The translations under genes were made by a program, and so were the position numbers. Positions 36,504 to 44,991 of a DNA stretch of 64,000 nt are shown here, piece after piece; the stretch's first letter is position 1, and the number at the start of each line of letters is the position of its first letter. Source of the DNA: an archaeon (GTDB lineage: Archaea; Nanobdellota; Nanobdellia; Pacearchaeales; GW2011-AR1). Below the pieces are notes generated by a model. That model was not told the DNA's origin, did not search any database, and saw nothing but the letters and a program-made list of their open reading frames with translations. The stretch lies in the NCBI GenBank assembly GCA_030636025.1, contig DAOVXQ010000003.1, forward strand, positions 32,481 through 96,480, given 5' to 3'.

Positions 36504-37481
36504 TTAATCCTCGATCTTTATATCTGCATATGAATTTTTTATAAATTCCAAGTATTTTTTGTGAATCTTTAAATTTCTCTTTTGTATTTCAATAAGTTTT
36601 TGAAGCCTCTTTACAAGGGGGTTTTCCAAAGTGTAATATTCTAGGGGGTTCTTTTTTCCAGGGTAGCGTGAAAAATTAAAGTGAGGTTCTATAAAAAAAT
36701 TCAAAGTTGAACTTACTGCATGAGAGGTTCCACCATAAACCATAGACTCTGCATGTCTAAGTGCGATATGCCTAAGAAATTCTCCAGTTACATTAAGTGC
36801 TTCTTTCTCCTCTTGTTCGCTTATTCCAATTCCCTCCTCTCTTTTTATTTTAGAAAAGGCCTTAATATTGCTAATCCATTCATTTGCAAGTTCTTCTTCT
36901 GTAAGTTTGTCTAACTTTTTAGCTTCAAACGTTTCTGCATTAAGTAATACCTTATCCATCTCCGAGAGGTTCTGGTCTAAAATTTCAAGATTGTCTGAAT
37001 AAATTTTTCCCTTTTCACTAACGCTCTTAATAATTCCTTCTGCCTCAATAACTTTTTTTTGATAGTCTTCTAGGTTTAATTTTTTAATCATAGGTATTTC
37101 TTTTAACTTGGGATTATTCTTTATAGCCTCCTTTAAATTAATAGTTTTTTTTAGGTTGGCTTTAATATCTTCGAGGTGTTTTTTAGAAGGGAAATGCCCA
37201 ACCTTTTCTTTTAATTCCTGTGATTTAAGAATCTCATTTAGCAAAAAGAGTGCTTTTGTGCTTTTCTCCACACTTTGTTGAAATGAAGATACAGAATTTG
37301 GGTATTTCTTATTTTCAAATAAAATTTTAGAGGATTCAAGATCTTCTTCTGCAATTTTTATTAATTCAAAAGCATAATCCACTTCTTTCTGATATTCTAG
37401 CCTTCTCTGGATATCTTCCTTTCCAGGCCCTTCTGGCATTTTCTTTAAAGCTTTTTCAACAGATTCTGGATCTGATATCAT
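36504..37481 (-). CDS. HEPN-domain protein with a ~170-aa coiled-coil insertion
   Basis: The N-terminal helices AEEDLESSKILFENKKYPNSVSSFQQSVEKSTKALFL and the C-terminal NFSRYPGKKNPLEYY match the HEPN (xxRYP) pattern. RHIALRH is also present. Confidence 0.55.
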   Translation of the reverse strand: MISDPESVEKALKKMPEGPGKEDIQRRLEYQKEVDYAFELIKIAEEDLESSKILFENKKYPNSVSSFQQSVEKSTKALFLLNEILKSQELKEKVGHFPSKKHLEDIKANLKKTINLKEAIKNNPKLKEIPMIKKLNLEDYQKKVIEAEGIIKSVSEKGKIYSDNLEILDQNLSEMDKVLLNAETFEAKKLDKLTEEELANEWISNIKAFSKIKREEGIGISEQEEKEALNVTGEFLRHIALRHAESMVYGGTSHAVSSTLNFFIEPHFNFSRYPGKKNPLEYYTLENPLVKRLQKLIEIQKRNLKIHKKYLEFIKNSYADIKIED

Positions 37482-37990
37482 GAACTTCTCTCCTTTTCTT
37501 CAGGATAAAAATATTTATCATGAATTTCTTTTACTCCCAAGTCACTTTTTGCTAATTTCATTTCCTTCATCATCTCATCTCCTTTTTCCCTAGTTAGTGG
37601 CTTGAAGGTTCTACCATAATCAATATAATCTGCATTTGTCCATTTTTCCAGAGAATCTTTTGATAATTTCAGGTTTATTTTTTCTTCATTTAATTTAACC
37701 CAAAACCTGAAAAAGACTAATATAAAAATTCCCAGAACAATAAAGTTAAAGCCCTTAAGTGAAATCTTTCCATTAATCAAATCATAAACCCCGGTTGCTA
37801 AGTAGCTTCCTAGAATTGCGAACAAAATTCCATACATAAAAAACTCTGATTCTCTTATTTTCTGCGTCAAAGATTTTTCATGATCATAATAAGATTCTAA
37901 AATTTTTCCTTTATCTTTTTTGCTTAAATACACTCTTCCGCCCTCGGGATTTTCACCCATTCTTTCAGTCCAAGATTTTTCTTCTTCCAT
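37478..37990 (-). CDS. Two-TM membrane protein (first gene of the island operon)
   Basis: 170 aa with TM helices FFMYGILFAILGSYLATGVY and FNFIVLGIFILVFFRFWV. ATGA overlap with the next gene. Confidence 0.5.
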   Translation of the reverse strand: MEEEKSWTERMGENPEGGRVYLSKKDKGKILESYYDHEKSLTQKIRESEFFMYGILFAILGSYLATGVYDLINGKISLKGFNFIVLGIFILVFFRFWVKLNEEKINLKLSKDSLEKWTNADYIDYGRTFKPLTREKGDEMMKEMKLAKSDLGVKEIHDKYFYPEEKERSS

Positions 37991-38261
37991 AAAATTCCGA
38001 ATGCTAACCCCTTAATATATTTATTTATAATGAACTCCCAAATGAAATAGAAAAATTTGGGTGTAACGAAGTGAAACCTTTTACCCTTTGTTATGAGAAA
38101 TTTTAATTTCGCGGGTTTTCTCGTCGGTTGGGTAAAAGAAGTTTTTCTCTGAAAACAAAGTTTTCAGCTATCTGTCCGAAGGGCGCGGGCTTATCTCTCC
38201 TATCGTTAGGGTGGGAAGAAAAGAAAAATTAAAATTTGGGCGAAGCCAAGCAACACCCTTT

Positions 38262-38329
38262 AACCAAATTTTTTAAACCTGTTTTTCATAAATAAAATTA
38301 GATGAATGTTTATTTAAATGTTTAGAAAA
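38262..38329. repeat. 68-bp direct repeat, right copy (overlaps the ppsA stop codon)
   Basis: Identical to 35675-35742. It contains a truncated copy of the start of gene 34815..35702 and ends at the last codons of ppsA. Confidence 0.9.
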
Positions 38330-41135
38330 CCTCGCTAAATTCATCCTCATTATTATCAAAACTATATTCATATTTATTTTCTTCTGGAACAGGGGGATTA
38401 TACACTCCGATATTATTATCTTCTGCCCCACTAACGCCCCCATCCTCTGATTTTTCAACAGGTTCTTCAACCCCCTCATTCTTTTCTTCAATCGGTTCTT
38501 CAATATCTTCTTGAACATCTTCTGCCCGAGCACCCTTAATCTCTTTTACTCTTTCTTCAACCCCCTCAAAATTATCAACAGGTTTAATTGGCTCTTGTTT
38601 CAATTCTTTTTCCAGAGCTTTTTTCTTTTTATAACATTCCTTACAACAAAGATTGTCCTGATTCTCCCTGGGCTTAAATGGAACAGTCGCCTCCTTCCCG
38701 CATTCAGAACAAATTATATTAAACCCCCATTTTTTCCTTTTAGGTTTCGCCTCAACAAACTTTTCCTTAAATTCAACAGGTTTTTCTTTCTCAAACTTTC
38801 TTTCATAAATCGGTTTAGGTTCCTCAATCTTTTCTTCAATCACTGGAGCAACTTCTTCCACAAAAGAATCTTCCAACTCTTTAATCAAAACAGAAACATC
38901 ATAACCAGCGTCAGCATTAACAGAAATAGAATCAATCCCATTCTTAAAAAGAAATTTCACTATTTCTTTTTTACTTCCTGCCTGCCCACAAATACTTGTT
39001 TCAATATTATATTTTTTGCAAACTTCAATAACTTTTTTTATCTGAGACAAAATTGCGGGATGAGACTCGTCATATAAATACTGAACATCATCATTGCCCC
39101 TATCAACACCCAATGTAAACTGAGTCAAATCATTTGTCCCAAAACTAACAAAATCAACATTCTCTTTGCAAATGTCTTCGATAATTTGAACAGAAGCAGG
39201 AGTTTCAATCATAACCCCGAACTGAATATTCGGCAATTTTATCTTATCAAAATACTCTTTTGCTTGTTTAATTTCTTCAACAGAAATAATCTGTGGGAAC
39301 ATAATCCCAATTTTTTTATCAGGATATTTCTCAGCAACTTGTTTAACCGCCAAAAGTTCTGCTTCAAATATTTTAAGATGCTTTAAACTAAATCTAATCC
39401 CGTGAAATCCCAGCATTGGATTAATTTCTTCTTCAGGTGCCCCCTCTAATGTTCCATATTCATCACTCCTAATATCAGAACTTCTTATCCAAACTAATTT
39501 AAAATACTCTGCAATTTTTTCAATCCCTTCTCTTAAAAGTTGAGTGTACTCTTCAAGTTTATTTTCCTTTTCATACTGCAAAGGATGCTTGCCAGAACTC
39601 GCAATAACTCCCTCCAACCTCATCAAACCAACAGAATCAATTTTAGATTCAGCAGCCCGTTCAGCAAAATCCGGCAAATCAACAATCACCTTTAATTTAA
39701 CTTTTGAAGTTTCTATGACCGGTTTAATTTCTGCCAAGGTGGTTTCAGCAACAGCACCCTCATAAATTTTCCCAGTGCTTCCATTAACAGTAATTTTCAT
39801 TCCATCTTTTAATCTCTCTGTCGCCCCATCTGCCCCGACAACAGCTGGAATCCCCATCTCTCGACTCACAATAGAAGCATGCGAAGTTATCCCTCCCTCG
39901 TCAGTAACAATGGCATTTGATTTCTGCATACTAACAACCATATCCGGATTAGTCATTTTTGTAACAAGAATATCTCCTTTTTTAATTTTAGAAAGGTCAT
40001 CCATTGTATTAATTATTTTAACAACCCCGACACCAATCCCAGGACTAGCCGGCTCTCCTTTCAAAATAACATTACCAGAAATCTTTCCTGTCTTCTCTTT
40101 GGCCTTCAAGGTTGTAATTGGTCTTGACTGCAAAATATAAACTTTATCTTCTTCAATACCAAACTCAATATCTTGTGGCTTTCCATAATGCTCTTCTAAT
40201 TTAATTGCATAATCTCCAACCTCAAGAATTTGTGCATTTGACAAAACCTGACTCCTACTTTTTTCTAAACTTAATTTAACAATCTCATTCTCTCCAGAAC
40301 CAGTTCTAACTATTGCAATTTTTTTATCTGCTGTTTTAACTTTCTGAACATGCAAATCTCTTGAAACAATATAATGGTCTGGTTTAATTTTACCAGAAAC
40401 AATGCCCTCACCCAAACCATAAACCGCCTCAATTACAATATTCTCATCTAAATTAACAGGGTCTCTGGAAAAAACAACACCCGACTTTTCTGAATCAACC
40501 ATTTTCTGAACAACAACTGCAAGCAAGGATTCCTCTTCCTTAAAGCCCTTTTTATTCCGATAATAAATTGCCCTCGCTGTATACAAACTCGCAAAACATT
40601 TTTTAATATATTCAATTAATTGATGGTCTCCTTTAACATTCAAAAAACTTTGTTGCTGTCCTGCAAAACTCGCATCTACTAAATCCTCTGTCGTTGCAGA
40701 ACTCCGAACAGAAACAAAAATCGGCTCCTGCGAATTTTTCAAAATAGTCAAAGCATCTGAAGAAACTCCTTTCTCATCAATTTTTTCAGTCCCCAAAATA
40801 TGATATGCCTCAAGAATTTCTTTTTTTAAATCATCAGGGATATTCTGCTCAATAATCATTTCCCGAATTTCTTTTGCTTTTTCAGTCAGCTCAGAAGTAT
40901 TTTCCATATCAATTCCAATAATAATATTCGCAATTCTTTCTTTCAATCCACTATTGCCAATAAAATACTCAAAAGACTGGGCAGTCGCAACAAATCCTTG
41001 TGGCACAGGAAATTTATGATTATACATCTCGCCCAGCGACGCCCCCTTCCCCCCGACAATATCAACATTCTTATTACTCAGCTCAGCAAACCACTTAATA
41101 TACTTGTCATCAAAATCAACCCTTTTTGTTTCCAT
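38322..41135 (-). CDS. ppsA: Phosphoenolpyruvate synthase (pyruvate, water dikinase) with a ~165-aa C-terminal zinc-ribbon/acidic extension
   Basis: 937 aa. ATP-grasp N-terminus (GGKGASLGEM), phosphohistidine region GGITSHASIVSREMGIPAV, and PEP-utilising TIM domain (GTNDLTQ). Extension: CSECGKEATVPFKPRENQDNLCCKECY plus an E/D-rich tail. Confidence 0.9.
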   Translation of the reverse strand: METKRVDFDDKYIKWFAELSNKNVDIVGGKGASLGEMYNHKFPVPQGFVATAQSFEYFIGNSGLKERIANIIIGIDMENTSELTEKAKEIREMIIEQNIPDDLKKEILEAYHILGTEKIDEKGVSSDALTILKNSQEPIFVSVRSSATTEDLVDASFAGQQQSFLNVKGDHQLIEYIKKCFASLYTARAIYYRNKKGFKEEESLLAVVVQKMVDSEKSGVVFSRDPVNLDENIVIEAVYGLGEGIVSGKIKPDHYIVSRDLHVQKVKTADKKIAIVRTGSGENEIVKLSLEKSRSQVLSNAQILEVGDYAIKLEEHYGKPQDIEFGIEEDKVYILQSRPITTLKAKEKTGKISGNVILKGEPASPGIGVGVVKIINTMDDLSKIKKGDILVTKMTNPDMVVSMQKSNAIVTDEGGITSHASIVSREMGIPAVVGADGATERLKDGMKITVNGSTGKIYEGAVAETTLAEIKPVIETSKVKLKVIVDLPDFAERAAESKIDSVGLMRLEGVIASSGKHPLQYEKENKLEEYTQLLREGIEKIAEYFKLVWIRSSDIRSDEYGTLEGAPEEEINPMLGFHGIRFSLKHLKIFEAELLAVKQVAEKYPDKKIGIMFPQIISVEEIKQAKEYFDKIKLPNIQFGVMIETPASVQIIEDICKENVDFVSFGTNDLTQFTLGVDRGNDDVQYLYDESHPAILSQIKKVIEVCKKYNIETSICGQAGSKKEIVKFLFKNGIDSISVNADAGYDVSVLIKELEDSFVEEVAPVIEEKIEEPKPIYERKFEKEKPVEFKEKFVEAKPKRKKWGFNIICSECGKEATVPFKPRENQDNLCCKECYKKKKALEKELKQEPIKPVDNFEGVEERVKEIKGARAEDVQEDIEEPIEEKNEGVEEPVEKSEDGGVSGAEDNNIGVYNPPVPEENKYEYSFDNNEDEFSEVF

Positions 41136-41210
41136 AGATAAAAATAATCCTGTTTATATTTAAAGTTTGTGGGAGTGGAGAAGACGAATTTAATAATAAA
41201 TGAATAACAA

Positions 41211-41771
41211 TCACCCATCAACTTTCTTAACCTTCTCAATCTCAACAACAACCTTTGTTTTGCAAGGCAATTTAGGAGTAGCTTTCTTAAAAAATCTTCG
41301 AACTTTTGGAAGATTCAAATCTCCTTCAAAATAAGCAACAAAAATAGGTCTGCCCTTTTTGACAATCGCAGCCCGCCCATCTGGCGAACCAAAACTTTTT
41401 GTCATTCCTGTCTGCACCCTTTCACCTTTACTAGCCCCAGAATAAACCCTATTATTTCTCAAAATATTATGCGGATAACAATGGCACCTCAAAAAATAAT
41501 TCTTAGGCATTAATTTATTCAAATCTTTATTCAAAGTCTGCCGAACTGCCTCCAACGCCAAATCTCGTATCTGAATATTCTCCTCAGTCGAAAGCGTAAC
41601 CTTAATTGGAAACTCTCCACCATCAAATTTTTTAATATTCCCCATATTAAATTTAACAATTTTCTGCGGCGGCACTGTTTTATTATATGTAAGGTGCTGT
41701 TTTTTAGACCTACGAGTATTCACAATCGGTTTTCTTTTCGAATACGCCAGTGCTTTTCTTACTTTAGCCAT
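41211..41771 (-). CDS. rpl10e: Ribosomal protein uL16 (L10e)
   Basis: 186 aa. The N-terminus MAKVRKALAYSKRKP...KIVKFNMGN... and CHCYPHNILRNN are typical of L10e. Confidence 0.85.
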   Translation of the reverse strand: MAKVRKALAYSKRKPIVNTRRSKKQHLTYNKTVPPQKIVKFNMGNIKKFDGGEFPIKVTLSTEENIQIRDLALEAVRQTLNKDLNKLMPKNYFLRCHCYPHNILRNNRVYSGASKGERVQTGMTKSFGSPDGRAAIVKKGRPIFVAYFEGDLNLPKVRRFFKKATPKLPCKTKVVVEIEKVKKVDG

Positions 41772-41772
41772 T

Positions 41773-42039
41773 TTAATTAATTAAATCTCCAAAAACTTTT
41801 CTTTCAAAATCCTTTAATTCTTGTTCTTCATTTGGAAAAAGATAATCATATTTTTTATCCTCAATCCCATAAATTCGCATATTTGCTCCACCCATAGTGC
41901 TAACTCTAGAACCGTTTGGGAGAGGAAAATCCTCATCAACAATAATCTTTTCAATATGGTGTCCATTAATTATCCCCTGCTCTGGAATATTAATTCCATC
42001 ACACATGAATTCCATATCTAAGTAAAGTTCTTTTCCCAT
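41773..42039 (-). CDS. Hypothetical protein between two r-protein genes
   Basis: The start was moved to MGKELYLDMEF... (ATG 42039), immediately after the stop of the upstream gene. The longer track ORF would overlap rpl35ae. Confidence 0.45.
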   Translation of the reverse strand: MGKELYLDMEFMCDGINIPEQGIINGHHIEKIIVDEDFPLPNGSRVSTMGGANMRIYGIEDKKYDYLFPNEEQELKDFERKVFGDLIN

Positions 42040-42040
42040 T

Positions 42041-42295
42041 TTATCTAACTTCAACCTCATCATTTCTTGCCTGTCCAGGCAATCCTTTTTCAAAAATCGC
42101 CCTAACAAGTCCTTTATTTCCGTGAGCAGAACTTATCTTTCCCTTAATCTTTCTCCCTGCAGGCGAAGTCCACTCAACATCCTTGCCAACAAACTTCCCA
42201 GCATCTTCTCTAGACTTCGCATCTACATCTAAAATAAAATGCCTTTCATGGATTCGCTTCAACCCCCTTCGAAACTGAATTACTTTTGCTTTCAT
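42041..42295 (-). CDS. rpl35ae: Ribosomal protein eL33 (L35Ae)
   Basis: KAKVIQFRRG...FVGKDVEW...GKISSAHGNKGLVRAIFEKGLPGQA. Confidence 0.8.
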   Translation of the reverse strand: MKAKVIQFRRGLKRIHERHFILDVDAKSREDAGKFVGKDVEWTSPAGRKIKGKISSAHGNKGLVRAIFEKGLPGQARNDEVEVR

Positions 42296-42347
42296 AAATT
42301 CTTTAGAAAAAATAGGTTTTTAAAGGTTATGACAAGAAATTTCTATT

Positions 42348-42498
42348 CTTCGCTAATCTAATTATCTATATCTTATAATATCGATCTCTTTGAAGATGAG
42401 AATTATAGTTTATACAAACTGCTCTTCTCTAAATCTCATAAGTTTTGAAAGATATAAACAAAAAGAAATTTTGGGTTAGTAAACTTCCAAAATAAATT
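42348..42498 (+). repeat. Dispersed intergenic repeat, copy 4 (divergent, with an extra ~45 nt)
   Basis: CTTCGCTAATCTAATTATC...ATCGATCTCTTTGAAGATGAG...GATATAAACAAAAAGAAATTTTGGGTTAGTAAACTTCCAAAATAAATT. Confidence 0.65.
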
Positions 42499-42503
42499 AA
42501 ATC

Positions 42504-44306
42504 TCACAAAACAATCTCAAACTTGCCCAACTCTTTTTTCAAAAAATCCAGCATCTTACTATCCAAACCAATCCCATCCCCCTTAAACTCACTCAAAACT
42601 TTATTTAATTCATTAACATCACTCTTAACAATTTTCCCACCCTCAATTTTCTGCACATTTTTTTCAGAAACTAAAAAACTCGGTTTTGTCAAAAACAATT
42701 CAGAGTGTTTCCCACCATGAGTCAAAACAATTTTCGCTTTTTCCAGCAATCCCAAATCCCTCCTCTGCCCATACTCAATCAAACTCTCAACCAAATAAAC
42801 AGAATCCTTTCTTAAATCTTCAAATTTTTGCTTTGGAATATCCTCTTTCTTTTTAGCATATTTCTTCTCAACCTTAATCAAATCATGCAGAGTATGCAAA
42901 AATTTAGGATTCCCCTTCCCCCGATTTACAATTTCTTTTTCATATTCTTTAATCAATAAACTTTCATTCTTATTTCCAAACAGCGACTTCATTATCTTAA
43001 AAACATTCTCGTAAATTTCCTTAAGCGTCTTTTTCTGCATTCTTTTTTCAATGTCCACTCGTAGTTCCCTCAATCTTTTCAAATAATCCTCAGAATCCTT
43101 CAACAATCTGTCAATATCCTTTCCAGAAACTTCTTTAACTTTTCCATGTTCATACCCCTTATAATATTTAATCATAACCTCATCCAATATATCCCAATAT
43201 TTTTTCTCTAACATTTTTTCTTTATCTACAAAAATTCTTTTCATCTCTGCAACAGTTTCTTTAATATTTGTTGGAGGCAAACCATACAACATTAAAAGTG
43301 CCTGACTCGGCATTGAAACCCCCCAGTAAATATCTCCAATTAAAATATCCAACAATTTTCTTTTTGCAATTTCCTGAGTTTTGTCCCCCGCAGACATAAA
43401 CATATCAATTGATTCTGGACTTGGTTTAATCTTGCCCATTTTCAAAAGAAGTTTCCAGGGTAAAAATCCGCCCCTATCATATAATGGTGCTCCATCTCTT
43501 AAAAAAGTATAAAAAACAGGATTCGCATCCTTAACACCGTCCCAAAATTCAGTCAGCAAATAAACTTGCGGACTCAACTTATTCTGAACCCCTGCCAACT
43601 CTCCTGCCTGCATAACATAAGAATAAATAATATTCCTCAATTTGTCCTTCAACTCCAATCTCGGCATCCGCTTAACATCTGTATCATCAATTATAATATA
43701 AACATCAACATCACTTGTCTTAATCGCCTCTCCCCGAACCAAACTCCCGCCGACAACATAACTATAAACATACTTCTCAAACTTTTTCAAAACCAAAGAT
43801 TTATGAATCTGCGCAACCCTCAATGACCCTAAAATCCCTTTGTCATAAAGCGGGAAAGCCATCCCAATCGCCTCGATAACCTCGTACTTGCTGTCCATGC
43901 AAATCTCCCACAAATCCCTCTCCAAAAACAAATTAAGCCAAATATTCTGTTTAGACTCCTGAATCTTTTTCACAATTTCTAATTTAACTTTATTAAATTC
44001 CTTCTCCTTATCATCTGGCAAAACAACAAGCAAATGCATTGGCTTTTTCTTTTTCTCTTCGTCAGGCAATTCATTTTCTTCATCAAAAATCTCTGCTGCC
44101 TGTGGCGGAATTATCCCAATCGCCTGAACAAACCGATACTTTTTATTAATAAATTTTTTAATAGAATCTAATCTCTCCCGAGTCTTCTGCATTTCTTTCT
44201 GCTGTTTTTCAGAAGGAACATTCTGTGCATTCGGAATCGGCTTTCCATTAACCTCTGGAGTCTGATACTGCTTATCATCCAAAGTCTTTTCATTTTCTTC
44301 TGCCAT
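42504..44306 (-). CDS. Large nucleotidyltransferase-domain protein
   Basis: 600 aa. GGSLVRGEAIKTSDVDVYIIIDD, and the block GKIKPSPESI...ALLMLYG is shared with 30061..30924. Confidence 0.6.
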   Translation of the reverse strand: MAEENEKTLDDKQYQTPEVNGKPIPNAQNVPSEKQQKEMQKTRERLDSIKKFINKKYRFVQAIGIIPPQAAEIFDEENELPDEEKKKKPMHLLVVLPDDKEKEFNKVKLEIVKKIQESKQNIWLNLFLERDLWEICMDSKYEVIEAIGMAFPLYDKGILGSLRVAQIHKSLVLKKFEKYVYSYVVGGSLVRGEAIKTSDVDVYIIIDDTDVKRMPRLELKDKLRNIIYSYVMQAGELAGVQNKLSPQVYLLTEFWDGVKDANPVFYTFLRDGAPLYDRGGFLPWKLLLKMGKIKPSPESIDMFMSAGDKTQEIAKRKLLDILIGDIYWGVSMPSQALLMLYGLPPTNIKETVAEMKRIFVDKEKMLEKKYWDILDEVMIKYYKGYEHGKVKEVSGKDIDRLLKDSEDYLKRLRELRVDIEKRMQKKTLKEIYENVFKIMKSLFGNKNESLLIKEYEKEIVNRGKGNPKFLHTLHDLIKVEKKYAKKKEDIPKQKFEDLRKDSVYLVESLIEYGQRRDLGLLEKAKIVLTHGGKHSELFLTKPSFLVSEKNVQKIEGGKIVKSDVNELNKVLSEFKGDGIGLDSKMLDFLKKELGKFEIVL

Positions 44307-44367
44307 ACTTAGAATAAAAATATAGTGTATTTAAAGTTTAGCATCACTCAAAAATAACAAATTCCCT

Positions 44368-44913
44368 TTAACTACAAAATTCACATCCATTTTCAAAGCA
44401 CATACATTCAGGTTCATAGTATTCTTTAGGATGTTTGCAGGAAGGACATTCCTCAGGGGGCTCTGTCCCCTCGTGAACATACCCACATTTTGAACATTTC
44501 CATCTAATTGGTTTTTTCCTTTTCCAGACAGTTCCCTTCTCAACCATTTCAAGAATCTTTTTATATCTGGCTTCATGATGTTTTTCTACTTCTGAAATTT
44601 CCTTAAAAAGTTTTACAGCCTCGGCATTCTCCTCTTCTTCAGCATCTTTCTGCATTTGCGGATACATTTCAGAATTCTCATAATGCTCTCCCTCAATTGC
44701 CGCCTTAAGATTTTCCGCAGTAGAACCAATCCCATTCAAAAGTTTAAACTCATCTTTCGCATGCTGAATTTCATTCATCGCAGTCTCTTCAAAAATTTTC
44801 GCAACATAATGATAATTTTCTTTTCTCGCAACTTTCGCAAAATAACCATATTTATTTCTCGCCTGACTTTCCCCAGCAAATGCTTTTTTCAAATTTTCCT
44901 CTGTTTTTGTCAT
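44368..44913 (-). CDS. rbr: Rubrerythrin
   Basis: Ferritin-like ExxH motifs (EIQHAKDE, EGEHYE, EKHHEARY) plus the C-terminal rubredoxin CSKCGY...CPSC. Confidence 0.85.
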   Translation of the reverse strand: MTKTEENLKKAFAGESQARNKYGYFAKVARKENYHYVAKIFEETAMNEIQHAKDEFKLLNGIGSTAENLKAAIEGEHYENSEMYPQMQKDAEEEENAEAVKLFKEISEVEKHHEARYKKILEMVEKGTVWKRKKPIRWKCSKCGYVHEGTEPPEECPSCKHPKEYYEPECMCFENGCEFCS

Positions 44914-44991
44914 TTTATTAAATAAGATTTAGTTTTATTTAAATGTTTTTATATCTAAAATTAAAAATAACTAATCTCTTGTTTTTTATTT

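Noticed and set aside
38273-38533. 86-aa minus-strand ORF at the ppsA 3' end.
   Set aside because: It starts inside the duplicated 68-bp repeat and overlaps the ppsA C-terminal extension in another frame, so it is a by-product of the duplication.
38511-40140. Track ORFs 38511..39077, 39186..39386, 39544..39765 and 39775..40140 on the + strand.
   Set aside because: They lie antisense inside the well-supported ppsA gene and have low-complexity F/L/N-rich translations typical of shadow ORFs. The same reasoning applies to antisense ORFs inside smc, acs, the OFOR genes, 28223..30019, 44992..47070, tyrS, prs and the thermosome gene.
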